Origin: Planctomycetota bacterium
Lineage (GTDB): Bacteria; Planctomycetota; UBA1135; UBA2386
Assembly: GCA_965228735.1 (NCBI GenBank)
Contig: OZ245838.1
Location: 5,408,001 to 5,472,000 of the forward strand
Reading direction: 5' to 3'
DNA: 64,000 bases
The notes under the pieces were generated by a model. The model was not told the DNA's origin. It saw only the letters and a program-made list of their open reading frames with translations, and did not search any database. The position numbers were made by a program, and so were the translations under genes. Below are positions 1-9,777 of this stretch, one piece after another; positions within the stretch are counted from its first letter, which is position 1; each line of letters begins with the position of its first letter.

Positions 1-669
1 CTGCACGCGATGCTCGACGAGCACGAGAACGATCCCGAACTGGCCGTGATCGTGATCACGGGCGCCGGTGAGAAGGCGTTCGCCGCCGGCGCGGACATCG
101 CGCAGCTGCGCGATCGCACGGCCGCGGACGCGCGCAAGGCGATCAACAGCACGATCTTCAACCGCATCGAGGAGTGTGCCGTGCCCGTCATCGCGGCGGT
201 CAAGGGCTACGCGCTCGGCGGCGGCTGCGAGCTCGCGATCGCGTGCGATCTGCGCGTCATCGGTGAGTCGGCGAAGCTCGGTCAGCCCGAGGTCAAGCTC
301 GGCATCATGCCGGCAGCGGGCGGGACCTATCGCCTGCCGCGACTCGTCGGTCTCGGGCGCGCGCGCGAACTGGTCTACACGGGTCGCATGGTCGACGCGG
401 ACGAGGCGCTGCGCATCGGACTCGCGAACGCAGTCGTGCCGGATGCCGAAGTGGTCGAGCGCGCCGTGGCGCTCGGTCGTGAGATCGCGCAGAACGGCCC
501 GCTCGCGGTGCGCGCGGCCAAGCGCTCGATGAACACGCTCGCGCGCCCCGGTCAGGACCTGGCGATCGAGTTCGAGAGCGAGGCGCAGGCCGCGCTGTTC
601 GACAGTGACGACAAGCGGGCGCGCATGGACGCGTTCCTGAGCAAGGGCAAGAACAAGAAGAAGAGCTGA
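1..669 (+). CDS. Enoyl-CoA hydratase/isomerase (crotonase family), 5'-truncated by window edge
   Basis: AFAAGADI, GYALGGGCELAIACDLR and LGQPEVKLGIMP motifs; stop overlaps the next start (TGATG). Confidence 0.92.
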   Translation: MHAMLDEHENDPELAVIVITGAGEKAFAAGADIAQLRDRTAADARKAINSTIFNRIEECAVPVIAAVKGYALGGGCELAIACDLRVIGESAKLGQPEVKLGIMPAAGGTYRLPRLVGLGRARELVYTGRMVDADEALRIGLANAVVPDAEVVERAVALGREIAQNGPLAVRAAKRSMNTLARPGQDLAIEFESEAQAALFDSDDKRARMDAFLSKGKNKKKS

Positions 670-1529
670 TGACCGACCACTTCGACAGAGTCACCGTTCT
701 CGGCGCCGGCACGATGGGTGCCGGCATCGCGCAGGTCATGGCACAGGCCGGTTCCAACGTCGTGCTGCAGGATGTCACGCAGGAGTTCTGTGACCGCGGG
801 ATGGAACGGATCCGGGCATTCCTGCAGAAGGGTGTCGACAAGGGCAAGGTCACCGAGGCCGCCCGTGACGCGGCCCTCGGCAAGCTGTCGACCGCGACCG
901 ATCGCGCGGCCGCGTGCCGCGATGCCACGCTGGTGATCGAAGCCGTGCCCGAGGACCTGAAGCTCAAGAACGACCTGTTTCGTGAGCTCGCGAACGTCGT
1001 GCGAGACGACTGCGTGCTGGCGAGCAACACGTCGTCGCTCGCCCTGAGCAAGGTGTTCGCGGGCGTCGGTGAGCCGGGGCGCTGCATCGGGATGCATTTC
1101 TTCAACCCCGTGCCGATCATGAAGCTGCTCGAGCTCGTCCGCACGAAGGCCACGTCGGCGGCGACGATCGAGCGCGTCACGGCCTACGCCAAGGCGCTCG
1201 GCAAGGAGCCGATCCTCGTGCAGGACAGCCCGGGCTTCGCGAGTTCGCGGCTCGGCGTCTGCCTCGGGCTGGAGGCGATCCGCATGGTCGAGGCCGACGT
1301 CGCATCCCCGGAGGACATCGACAAGGCGATGGTGCTGGGCTACGGCCACCCCATGGGGCCGTTGCGACTCACCGACCTGGTCGGCCTCGACGTGCGACTC
1401 GCCATCGCGGACTACCTGCGGCAGGAGCTCGATCTGCCCGGCTTCGAGGCGCCCGAGCTGATGCGCAAGATGGTCGCGGACGGCAAGCTCGGCAAGAAGT
1501 CGGGGCAGGGGTTCTACAGCTGGGAGTGA
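669..1529 (+). CDS. 3-hydroxyacyl-CoA (3-hydroxybutyryl-CoA) dehydrogenase
   Basis: GAGTMGAGIA Rossmann motif, IEAVPE, ASNTSSL, GMHFFNP, GKLGKKSGQGFY. Confidence 0.93.
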   Translation: MTDHFDRVTVLGAGTMGAGIAQVMAQAGSNVVLQDVTQEFCDRGMERIRAFLQKGVDKGKVTEAARDAALGKLSTATDRAAACRDATLVIEAVPEDLKLKNDLFRELANVVRDDCVLASNTSSLALSKVFAGVGEPGRCIGMHFFNPVPIMKLLELVRTKATSAATIERVTAYAKALGKEPILVQDSPGFASSRLGVCLGLEAIRMVEADVASPEDIDKAMVLGYGHPMGPLRLTDLVGLDVRLAIADYLRQELDLPGFEAPELMRKMVADGKLGKKSGQGFYSWE

Positions 1530-1539
1530 GGAGGCCCGC

Positions 1540-2025
1540 GTGTCGACCTTGATCGCCGTCCTGCTGCCGGCCGTGCTGATGCCGGTGCTGTTGCTCGTCG
1601 CAGGCGAACGGCCCGGTCTGCCGCGCTTGTTCGAACTGTCGACGTGGCCGACCGAGCTGTGGATCCTGGCCGCAGCGGGTGCCGTCGCGACGGTCGCCGG
1701 GGTGCTCGATTGGGCGTTCCATCGCGGCGGCGGCCGCGTCATCCCGCGCGCCGAACATCGCGCCGAGCTGTGGGCGCTCGCGCTCGGCGTGCCGCTCTTC
1801 GCGTTGCTGGCCGTGGCTTCGGTGGCGCGGGACCCCGGCCCGATGCTCGTTCCGATCATCGCGGTCGCATTGGCGATGGCGGGCCTCATCGTGTTCGACG
1901 AAACGCGCTTCCACCGCGCGTGCGGTCGCTACGAGACATTGCTGCATCGATTGCTCGTGAGCGGCAACGGGGTGGCGTTTCTCGCGTGGCTGCATTGGTG
2001 CTACTCCCGTGGCGCGGGCAGCTGA
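1540..2025 (+). CDS. Hypothetical integral membrane protein
   Basis: GTG start after GAGGAGG RBS; 4-5 hydrophobic segments; His/Glu motifs (FHR, EH, FDE, LHR). Confidence 0.7.
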   Translation: MSTLIAVLLPAVLMPVLLLVAGERPGLPRLFELSTWPTELWILAAAGAVATVAGVLDWAFHRGGGRVIPRAEHRAELWALALGVPLFALLAVASVARDPGPMLVPIIAVALAMAGLIVFDETRFHRACGRYETLLHRLLVSGNGVAFLAWLHWCYSRGAGS

Positions 2026-2602
2026 GCTGCTCGCCAGGGCCCGAGCGCATTACGATCGCCCGGAGCACGAACTCGCCGCGCTCGCGAGCAACCGCGGCTG
2101 GCGCGGGTTCCGTGGCGGTGCGGAGTGGATGCGGGCGGCGCTGGCGACGTTGCGGGGCGTCGCGCCCGGAGGCCGTGCGACGTTCGAGTGGCTCGGCTTC
2201 GTCAAGTACGCGATCGCCGCGTCGGCCGCGTCGATCGTCGCGGCCGGCGCGATCGCGATGATCGTCGGGAGTGGCGGTGACGGCATCTGGTGCTCATGTG
2301 GGTGGGCATCACTGCTGCTCGTCGTGCCCGTGTTCTACGTCGTCGAGAGTCGCATGGTGTTCGCCTTCCCCGCAGCATTGGACGGTGCCGCGCGGCCGCT
2401 CGCCACGAGCGCCCGAATCGTCCAGAACGCCGGGTCGATGGCTGCGACGACTGCGGTCGTGATGCGGATCGCCGCGGAGATGCTCCTCGGCGGCGTCCGG
2501 GGGCGCGGGTTCGTGCGGTCGTGGTGTGTCGGATGCCTCGCGGTGGTGATGTGGTACGAGGACGTGCGGGGCCGTTCTCCGGGGGCGGGGTCGGCGTCGT
2601 GA
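2009..2602 (+). CDS. Hypothetical membrane protein
   Basis: Overlaps both neighbours in operon style; hydrophobic segments. Confidence 0.6.
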   Translation: MARAAELLARARAHYDRPEHELAALASNRGWRGFRGGAEWMRAALATLRGVAPGGRATFEWLGFVKYAIAASAASIVAAGAIAMIVGSGGDGIWCSCGWASLLLVVPVFYVVESRMVFAFPAALDGAARPLATSARIVQNAGSMAATTAVVMRIAAEMLLGGVRGRGFVRSWCVGCLAVVMWYEDVRGRSPGAGSAS

Positions 2603-3357
2603 TCGGCTTCGAACTCGGGAGTCGCCGGCCGCTGCTCGTTCGGCGCGAGGTGGTTGCTCCGGGAGTTTCGACCGGCAGTGGGGAGCGACCGTGGCGTCTG
2701 CTCTACGCCAGCGATCTGCACCTCACGGCGCGCCGTGACCACCTCGTGGCGCGGCTCGAGGAGGCTGTTGCCGACGCGGCGCCGGACGTCGTGTTGCTCG
2801 GTGGCGATCTCGTGGACGGCAGGAGTGGGATCGAGGCGCTCGGCGAGCTCGTGACCCGGCTCCGCGCGATCGCGCCCGTGTTCGCCGTTGGCGGCAACCA
2901 CGATGCCTGGATCGGGGTCCAGGAGGTGCGGCGCGCCGTCGACCTGGCCGGTGGTCATTGGCTCGCGCGCTCGGTCACCTTGCCCGCGCACGGCGACCGG
3001 CCCGGGCTCCTGCTCTGCAGCGAAGAAGGCGCTGCCGGGTCGACCGGCCCGGGCAGTGGCAACGATGACGCGCGAATCCGGCGCGTGCTCGTGGGCCACC
3101 ATCCGACCGTGGCCGAGCGCAGCGCCCGGATGCCCGGCGCGTCGTTCGATCTGGTGCTCGCCGGCCACCTGCACGGCGGCCAGTGCGTGCTCTGGCAGCG
3201 GGGTTCGCGATTCTATCCGGGAGCGTGGTTCAGCCGCTGGACGGGGTCGCGGTTCGATCTGCCGAACACGACGCTCATCGTGAGTCGCGGCGTCGCGGAC
3301 ACGCTGCCGATCCGATTCCGGTGCCCGCGCGAAGTCCTGCTTGTCGAACTGCGCTGA
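2599..3357 (+). CDS. Metallophosphoesterase (calcineurin-like)
   Basis: SDLH, GGDLVD, GNHD and AGHLHGGQ motifs; GTG start overlaps the upstream TGA. Confidence 0.88.
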   Translation: MIGFELGSRRPLLVRREVVAPGVSTGSGERPWRLLYASDLHLTARRDHLVARLEEAVADAAPDVVLLGGDLVDGRSGIEALGELVTRLRAIAPVFAVGGNHDAWIGVQEVRRAVDLAGGHWLARSVTLPAHGDRPGLLLCSEEGAAGSTGPGSGNDDARIRRVLVGHHPTVAERSARMPGASFDLVLAGHLHGGQCVLWQRGSRFYPGAWFSRWTGSRFDLPNTTLIVSRGVADTLPIRFRCPREVLLVELR

Positions 3358-3375
3358 CCGCGCGAGGATCGCGCC

Positions 3376-3561
3376 ATGGATCGCTTCACCGAACTCGTTC
3401 ACCGCGTGAACAACCTGCTCGGGACGATCGACATCCAGGTCGAGGTCGCTCGGGCCGAGGGCACGCTCGCGGCGCACGAGCAAGCACTCCGATTCATCGC
3501 GGATTCGGCGGCGAAGACGCGCGCGGAGCTGCGCGAACTCGCCACCCGAGACGGCGACTGA
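3376..3561 (+). CDS. Small helical protein resembling a stand-alone HisKA/DHp domain
   Basis: GAGGA RBS plus ATG; ELVHRVNNLLGTI resembles the H-box HxxNNLL; 61 aa. Confidence 0.6.
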   Translation: MDRFTELVHRVNNLLGTIDIQVEVARAEGTLAAHEQALRFIADSAAKTRAELRELATRDGD

Positions 3562-3568
3562 ATCGCCG

Positions 3569-4654
3569 TCAGGTGGGCTCGTCCGACGGGACGGGCGCGT
3601 TCTCCGGCGACACCAGCGGCGCGAGCTTCTGCGACAGCTGCGGCTCCGCGCACGGCAGCCCGAGAACGGCGTCGGCCTTCGACAGGAATGCTGCACGCAC
3701 GTTCTGGCGCGAGGGCAGGTGCAACAGCAGCACGACGCGCGTCTCCGGAGCGAAGCCCTTGATTCGTTTGCACCAGTCGAACTGGCGTTCTTCGCCGGGC
3801 GGCACGTCGAGCAGCACGATCTCGTCGCGGTGCGCCGCCGGATTCGGGATCTCGCTCTTGCCGTGGCGATGGAGCTCGAGGCCGACGCGGCGGCAGCTTT
3901 GGCGCAGCACCGGGTAGATGTCGGGCAGTGCGATGAACGCGGCGAGTCTGCCCTGGATCGGCGCCGCCGGGATCTGCTCCAACTCCGATTCGGCGGTGCA
4001 GTCGCCGTAGCTCTCGGTGCCGCCGGCGGTGGAATCCGGGCCCGCGGATGCGTCACCGAACGCGAGCGGCGCGTCGTTCCAGCGTTCGGCCGTTTCGGCG
4101 TCGATGACGAGGTAGCCCTTCGTGGCCGGGAAGTCGCCGATCACGATCTCGTACTCGAACACGACGAGGTCGTCTTCGGTCACGAACTCCTCGGCTGCGT
4201 CCTCGGTCAGCGAGCCGTGGTTCTGCAATCGCGCGTCGATGTTCTCGATCTTGTCGCGCAGCGCGCCCGACAGTCCGCTCAACAAAACGTTCGCGACTTC
4301 GCCAAACGCCTCGGCGTCCTCTTCCTGGAAGGCGCCGGCATTGCGCCGTTCGGCGATGACCTCATCGGGCGTCATCATCAGCATCCCGGACAGGGCGATC
4401 GCGTCCGGGATGGCGAGAAGGGCCGTGATCGAATGACCCTCGAAGTCCTTGTCCAGTTCGCCGCGCGCCGCCGCGTACGGGCCGGCGAGGAAGCCGAGCA
4501 GGTCGCTCCGGTCACCGCGAGTGGCGCGGCCCGGCGTCGTCGTCAGGTCGCGCCCGACGAGCGACTTGATCGTCTCGCTACTCGCGGCAGCGAGCTGCTC
4601 GAACAGTTCGAGCAGCTTCTCGCATTCGCGGCGGGCAAGAGTGGCGGGTGCCAT
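3569..4654 (-). CDS. CheC/CheX/FliY-like phosphatase domain plus C-terminal receiver-like domain
   Basis: DAEAFGEVANV (ExxN motif); C-terminal beta/alpha pattern IVLLDVP...VVLLL...ADAVL. Confidence 0.65.
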   Translation of the reverse strand: MAPATLARRECEKLLELFEQLAAASSETIKSLVGRDLTTTPGRATRGDRSDLLGFLAGPYAAARGELDKDFEGHSITALLAIPDAIALSGMLMMTPDEVIAERRNAGAFQEEDAEAFGEVANVLLSGLSGALRDKIENIDARLQNHGSLTEDAAEEFVTEDDLVVFEYEIVIGDFPATKGYLVIDAETAERWNDAPLAFGDASAGPDSTAGGTESYGDCTAESELEQIPAAPIQGRLAAFIALPDIYPVLRQSCRRVGLELHRHGKSEIPNPAAHRDEIVLLDVPPGEERQFDWCKRIKGFAPETRVVLLLHLPSRQNVRAAFLSKADAVLGLPCAEPQLSQKLAPLVSPENAPVPSDEPT

Positions 4655-4659
4655 CGCGT

Positions 4660-4881
4660 TCAGCTCACCACCGGGGTTTCGTCGCCGGTCGCCAGGTGGC
4701 CCGGGCCAGAACGGCCGGCATCATGATGACGTGGCTCGGCGGAGCGGTTCGAGGAGTCGGATAGATCCACGTCGTCCAGGAGCAGGTCGATCGGGTGATC
4801 GACGACGACAGCGATCATCGCCGCGTCGAGATCGACGTCATGGCGATGATCGACGGTCATGAAGTCGTCGATGATCAGCAA
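4660..4881 (-). CDS. Small acidic hypothetical protein
   Basis: TTG start preceded by a strong GGAGGAGG RBS; GC3-rich codons; fills the gap between the HDOD and CheC-like genes. Confidence 0.45.
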   Translation of the reverse strand: MLIIDDFMTVDHRHDVDLDAAMIAVVVDHPIDLLLDDVDLSDSSNRSAEPRHHDAGRSGPGHLATGDETPVVS

Positions 4882-4928
4882 GTTTCAGCCTCCTCCGCTG
4901 GTAGCACGCGAGAATCGTTCGTTCGGTC

Positions 4929-5780
4929 CTATCGGTCCGAAACGCCGTGCAGGTTCAGGAGTTCTGCATTCTCTTCCAGGCTGAGCTGAACCGCAGCACC
5001 GGCCGCATCACAGTCGGCGGCCGTGAGCGCCAGGCACGCGATGGCATCGGTCGAAGGCGCCACAGGCTGCGTATCGACGCTGAGATCGAGGCCGAGCCCG
5101 CACTGCGCGACCGTGTCCTCGGCGAGCCGCACGAGGGCGGCGAGTGGGTCCCCGGCGATCTCGCGTTCGTCGTGGTGGGTCGCGAGCGCGCGAACGAGAC
5201 GTCGGGGGAGTCCCCAGGTGCTCGTGACGATCTGCGCTGCCGCGGCGTGGTCGATGCCGAACAGGTTCGCCTCGATCTCGCAGGGCTCGGTGCTCTCGAT
5301 CGGCCCGTCTGCCATCGGCGTCGACACCTGACTCAACGCGACGCGCCCGACGTTGTGGAGGATGGCAGCCGTGAACGCGGTTTCGACTTCGTCGAAGCCG
5401 GCACGTTCGGCGAGCCATCGCGCCGCCGTCGCCAGCGCGAACGAGTGCCGCCAGAGCGCGTCGGCGTTGCCGTAGATCGACGTCGACGCCCCCTGGAACT
5501 GGTTGGCAGCGCAGCTCACCAGCACGAGGTTGACGAGATTGCGCGTGCCGATGCAGCTCACGGCGTCGGCGACCGTCGTTGCGGGTGACGCGAGCGCGAA
5601 CGACGCCGAGTTGGCGAGCCGGAGGACGCGCGCGGTCAGCGAGGGGTCCTGGCGCACGAGTGCGACGAACTCGTCGAGCGAGTAGTCCGGCTCGCGGACG
5701 AGTTCGAGGATTCGAAACGCGACCGCCGGCAGAGGCGGCGTCGTGCGCAGCGTGCGGATCAGTTCCGGAGCACGGTTCAT
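4929..5780 (-). CDS. HDOD domain-containing protein
   Basis: LPAVA, QDPSLTARVLRLANS, LWRHS, AILHNVGR, WGLP motifs. Confidence 0.9.
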   Translation of the reverse strand: MNRAPELIRTLRTTPPLPAVAFRILELVREPDYSLDEFVALVRQDPSLTARVLRLANSASFALASPATTVADAVSCIGTRNLVNLVLVSCAANQFQGASTSIYGNADALWRHSFALATAARWLAERAGFDEVETAFTAAILHNVGRVALSQVSTPMADGPIESTEPCEIEANLFGIDHAAAAQIVTSTWGLPRRLVRALATHHDEREIAGDPLAALVRLAEDTVAQCGLGLDLSVDTQPVAPSTDAIACLALTAADCDAAGAAVQLSLEENAELLNLHGVSDR

Positions 5781-5814
5781 GATCCGCGGTCGTCAGCCCT
5801 CGGGTCGGGACCGT

Positions 5815-6648
5815 TCAGACGGAAGCGGCAGAGCGGTCGAGCTGTGCCTTCAGGCGGGCCATGACGTTGCTGTGGATCTGGCACACGCGGGATTCGGTGA
5901 GCTCCATGATCTCGCCGATCTCGCGCATCGTCAGCCCCTCGTAGTAATACATGAGGATGATCAGCCGCTCCTTCTTGGTGAGGCTGTTGGTGATCATCTC
6001 GAGGGCGTCGCGCTGCTGGATGGTGTCGACCGGATCCGTGGACTTTCGATCTGCGAGGATCTCGACCTTCTCCATCTCCTTGTCTTCGTCGTTGTCGTCC
6101 CACTTCTCCGACAGCGAGAAGATCGTCTTCGCGTTGGCCTCGGCCTCGTGCGCCTGCATCTCCTCGAGCGTGATGCCGAGGCGCTCGGCGACCTCCGCCT
6201 GGTTGGGCTGACGGCCGAGTTCACCTTCGAGCTGCCGGACCGCGCGGTCGAGGCGATGGGCCTTGAGCCGCACGAGGCGCGGCACCCAGTCCTGCGAGCG
6301 CAGCTCGTCGAGGATCGAACCGCGAATACGCGTCGTGCAGTAGGTCTTGAACTTGATCCCGCGCGACAGGTCGAAGCCGTTGATCGCGTCCATGAGCCCG
6401 AACGTGCCGGCCGAACTCAGATCGTCGACGTCGATCGACTTCGGCAGCGTCTGCAGCACGCGCTCGGCGATCGTGCGCACGAGCGGCATGTGGAACTCGA
6501 TCAGCGTGTTCCGCAGGTTCTCGTCCCGCGTCTTCTTGTAGGTCTTCCAGATCGTCTCGAGTTCGGCCTCGCTCAGCGCCGGCGCTCCGGGGGCCGGGCT
6601 GACGGTGCTGCGACGGGTCGAACGGGTAGCAGTGGCGGACTTGGCCAT
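5815..6648 (-). CDS. fliA: RNA polymerase sigma factor FliA/WhiG (sigma28)
   Basis: RIRGSILDELRSQDWVPR and GLTMREIGEIMELTESRVCQIHS motifs; ATG at 6648 with GGAG RBS. Confidence 0.95.
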   Translation of the reverse strand: MAKSATATRSTRRSTVSPAPGAPALSEAELETIWKTYKKTRDENLRNTLIEFHMPLVRTIAERVLQTLPKSIDVDDLSSAGTFGLMDAINGFDLSRGIKFKTYCTTRIRGSILDELRSQDWVPRLVRLKAHRLDRAVRQLEGELGRQPNQAEVAERLGITLEEMQAHEAEANAKTIFSLSEKWDDNDEDKEMEKVEILADRKSTDPVDTIQQRDALEMITNSLTKKERLIILMYYYEGLTMREIGEIMELTESRVCQIHSNVMARLKAQLDRSAASV

Positions 6649-6892
6649 GACGATCACTCCAAGGGTTTCAGCAGACGGGCGGGAGGGGGCGTCGAACGGC
6701 AGCGCTACGCTGCGGGCCAATCTGCGGGCCATGGGTCCCTTCGTCGTGGCTGCGCGAGTTGGCGCGCAGGCAGGACGGTTGGAGGTGCAAAGGGGCACGC
6801 GAGCCTCTGGCTCGGGGACAAGCCGCTGTCGAGAACGAACGCACGACCCGGTGCCGGGGGCGTCGTCGAGCAGGCGTTGTCGGATGTGTCCT

Positions 6893-6996
6893 CACTTCCT
6901 TCGGGAACCAGGCTGCCATGACCGATAGGGGATTCGGTCGAAGGCCCTTGGCTTTGCGTCCCCGACTTTCGTCGGGTTTGCCGTTTCGAGAAGTGT
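6893..6996 (-). ncRNA. Cyclic di-GMP-I (GEMM-I) riboswitch aptamer in the fliA leader
   Basis: Minus strand reads GGCAAACCCGAC-GAAA-GTCGGGGACGCAAAGCCAAGGGCC...ATGGCAGCCTGGTTCCCGA, matching the GEMM-I consensus (GGCAAAC, GAAA tetraloop, GACGCAAAGC, GGCAGCC..GGTT). Confidence 0.9.
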
Positions 6997-7240
6997 CTTG
7001 GTGGGAGCCGAGACACGGGTGCTGGTCCGAGACCAGCGGTGGGTAATCGGCCGCGGCCGGTGAAGAATTCAGCGCGTTCTCGGGTCTCAGCCCGGGACGA
7101 GTCGGCAACCCCCGACCACAGCGCACTTTGGCGCTGTGAAGTCGATGCGAAAAACTCTCCAGATATGGGGAAGGTCGACAGCCGAAGACCCTGACCGCCG
7201 CCGCGTGCCCCGGGCACTTTCCTGCCGTCCGGTGCGCCCG

Positions 7241-7753
7241 TCAGTCCACGCGAATCAACGCCTCGATCGGATGTGGCGCCAGCTTCTCCCGCCCTGGCAG
7301 GAACGCGAGTTCGATGACGAACGCGCACCCCGCCACCTTGCCGCCACAACTCTCGATCAGCTGGCAGGCTGCGTTCATCGTTCCGCCGGTGGCGAGGAGG
7401 TCGTCCAGCATCAGCACGCGCTGTCCGGGTTGAACTGCGTCCTGGTGGATCTCCACGGCGTCGGTGCCGTACTCGAGCACGTATTCGACTCGATTCGTCT
7501 TCCACGGCAGCTTGCCGGGTTTGCGAATTGGAACGAATCCTCTGCCTAGCTTCGCCGCGACTGGAGCCCCGAAGAGGAAACCGCGAGATTCGATCCCCGC
7601 CACGAGGTCGATCTCCCCGAAGTCGAGAGCGGCAAGCCGGTCGATCGAGGCTTGCAGCGCGGCCGGATCCGCGAGCAGCGGCGTGATGTCTTTGAAGTTG
7701 ATGCCCGGCTTCGGGTAGTCGGGCACATTGCGGAGGAACGCGCTCAGGTCCAT
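7241..7753 (-). CDS. apt: Adenine phosphoribosyltransferase
   Basis: PDYPKPGINFKDIT, GIESRGFLFG, RKPGKLP, LEYG, DDLLATGGT. Confidence 0.96.
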   Translation of the reverse strand: MDLSAFLRNVPDYPKPGINFKDITPLLADPAALQASIDRLAALDFGEIDLVAGIESRGFLFGAPVAAKLGRGFVPIRKPGKLPWKTNRVEYVLEYGTDAVEIHQDAVQPGQRVLMLDDLLATGGTMNAACQLIESCGGKVAGCAFVIELAFLPGREKLAPHPIEALIRVD

Positions 7754-7831
7754 GGCCGAATCGTGCCGGACCGAGACTGCAGGCAGAAGCGGAACCTCGT
7801 CCTGAGACGCAGAATCGAGCTCGAGCCGGAG

Positions 7832-7926
7832 GTGCGCACTCAAAGCACCAGCTGGCTCGATCGGGCCATGCACACTCAAAGCACCAGCTGACTCGGTCGG
7901 GCCGTGCACACCCGAGGCACCAGCCA
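7832..7926 (+). repeat. Three-unit tandem array (36-bp period) of the IS-end motif RTGCACACTCAAAGCACCAGCTG
   Basis: Units at 7832, 7868 and 7904; 13-nt linkers GCTCGATCGGGCC and ACTCGGTCGGGCC. Confidence 0.9.
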
Positions 7927-8029
7927 GCCCGTCGGCGCGGTCACGATGCCTGCCCGCGGCTCGCGCAAACCGGGTCCGCGAACCGAAGTGATTGCAGGCA
8001 AACGGATTCCAGCCGCCCGGGAGGTGAGG

Positions 8030-9736
8030 CTATCGGCGCGAGGCGGCGCCGGATTGGCGACGGGCGCTGCCGGAGACCGTCACGGCGCCGGGCAGGCCGC
8101 TGAGGTCCGGCGCATCCGAAGACAGCTGCGGTTCGGCGCGGCGCGCGTCGATCGCCTGCCGGGCGCGCGCGTGGGACGCGGCGATCGGGTCCGCGGCCGG
8201 TTCGGTCGCGCTGGGTGCCGGGCGAGTCCGCTGGGCGGGCTGGCGCGGCTGACCGTTGGTCGGTGCCGGAGCGCGGCCGGCGACGCGGGCTGGCTTGCGC
8301 TTGCCGGGCTGCCGTTGCTGGGGCTGCCGCGTTTGAGGCTGCTGCCCGGATGCCGGCTGCTGGGCGGCCGCCCGCCGTTGCGCCGGCCGTTGCGCCCGCT
8401 GCGGAGCTGGCTGTCGTTGGGGCTGTCGTTGGGCCTGGCGTTCGGGTTGCCGTTGCGTGGTCGGCCGGGCTGCGACCGGGCGCCGTTGCGGAGCGGGCCG
8501 GCGGCCAGTCTGGGTCGTCGCCTGACGCTCCTGCTTCGGAGCGGTTCGTTGCGATCGTTGTCCCGACGTGGGCTTCTTGCTCGGGGCGCGCTTCGTCGGC
8601 GCCTTCGTCGGCTGCCGGCCCGCGAACTGTCGCCCGACGCGAACGGTCTGGCTCGCGGCAGCGGCGGACTCGCGCGGCGGCAGGGCGAAGAGCTCGCACA
8701 TGCGATCGTGGTTGGCGTCGAGCCAGGTTCCGAGCAGTCGCATGGACAGGAACACCGGCAGGACCGCGGTCGGGCCGACGGCTGCGATCTGCAGCCAGAT
8801 CGGTTGCCCGAGCACGTACCAGGAGACCGCGACCATCGGCAGCAGCAGCAGCCAGCAGGATGCCGCGATCGGCGGGTAGGACCCGCCGGCTCTGACGAGC
8901 GCCTTGAGCAACAGCACGGGCGAGAACGCCTGCTTGTCGCCGCGCAGGGCGAGGAGCAAGAACATCATCGGGGCGGTGACCGCGCTGATGGCGAGCATCG
9001 GCAGCAGGCCGACCCACGACAGGCCGAGCAGGAACGCCGCGGTGGCAGGAGTCGCGAAGATCCCGACGACGACGGCCGTGTCGCGCAGGAAGCGGCCGGC
9101 TTCACGTCCGAGTTGGCGGATCTCGGGGAACTCGGGCACGTCGGCAGTGCCGTCGTGGCTCTCGATCAGGATGCGACGGCCCATCGCGAAGATCACCGCG
9201 CAGACGCAGACTCCCGGCAAGGCCGAGATCGCCGCGAGCGCGAACGCCGAGGTGCCCGACGTCAGGAAGCCGCCGAGGCCGATGACGACGGGGAACGCCA
9301 GCATCGTCAGCAGGCACAGCCACGGCATGTGCTGGTGAAAGAGGAACTGCAGGGCGTCGACGAGATGACCGCGCAGGCCGCTCTCTTCTTCCGCGGCTTC
9401 CAGGATCTGGTTGCGCTGCGAACGAGGAGTGGGCGCGAGTGGTCGCGCAGGAGCCGTCGCGCGGTTCTGCGCTCGGGACCCGTCACGAGGATCAGCCAGA
9501 CCGCGGCTCGCGGCATGACGCCGGGCCTTCGTCTCCAGCAGGACGCGATCGGTGTCGTTGCGGATCTGCTCCGCGCATCGACGCGCCTCGTCCAGATGGC
9601 CGAGCGTCAGACTGACTTCGCCGAGCTCGCGCCAGACCGCGTCTGACACGATGCCGCGTTCGATCGCACGATGAAGTGCGGCATAACGCTGCTGCGGCGT
9701 GGCGGCCGTAGGTGTGGCATGACTCTCGAGGTGCAT
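8030..9736 (-). CDS. Hypothetical multi-pass membrane protein with TPR-like N-terminus and Q/R/P-rich tail
   Basis: ATG with AAGGAGA RBS; about 6 hydrophobic segments; low-complexity C-terminus. Confidence 0.75.
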   Translation of the reverse strand: MHLESHATPTAATPQQRYAALHRAIERGIVSDAVWRELGEVSLTLGHLDEARRCAEQIRNDTDRVLLETKARRHAASRGLADPRDGSRAQNRATAPARPLAPTPRSQRNQILEAAEEESGLRGHLVDALQFLFHQHMPWLCLLTMLAFPVVIGLGGFLTSGTSAFALAAISALPGVCVCAVIFAMGRRILIESHDGTADVPEFPEIRQLGREAGRFLRDTAVVVGIFATPATAAFLLGLSWVGLLPMLAISAVTAPMMFLLLALRGDKQAFSPVLLLKALVRAGGSYPPIAASCWLLLLPMVAVSWYVLGQPIWLQIAAVGPTAVLPVFLSMRLLGTWLDANHDRMCELFALPPRESAAAASQTVRVGRQFAGRQPTKAPTKRAPSKKPTSGQRSQRTAPKQERQATTQTGRRPAPQRRPVAARPTTQRQPERQAQRQPQRQPAPQRAQRPAQRRAAAQQPASGQQPQTRQPQQRQPGKRKPARVAGRAPAPTNGQPRQPAQRTRPAPSATEPAADPIAASHARARQAIDARRAEPQLSSDAPDLSGLPGAVTVSGSARRQSGAASRR

Positions 9737-9777
9737 GCAATTCTCCTTGTTCGGTGTGTGGACACTTGGCGCGTCTG

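Noticed and set aside
7754..7909. N-terminal extension of apt in the ORF track
   Set aside because: It runs through the repeat array; Apt homology starts at ATG 7753.
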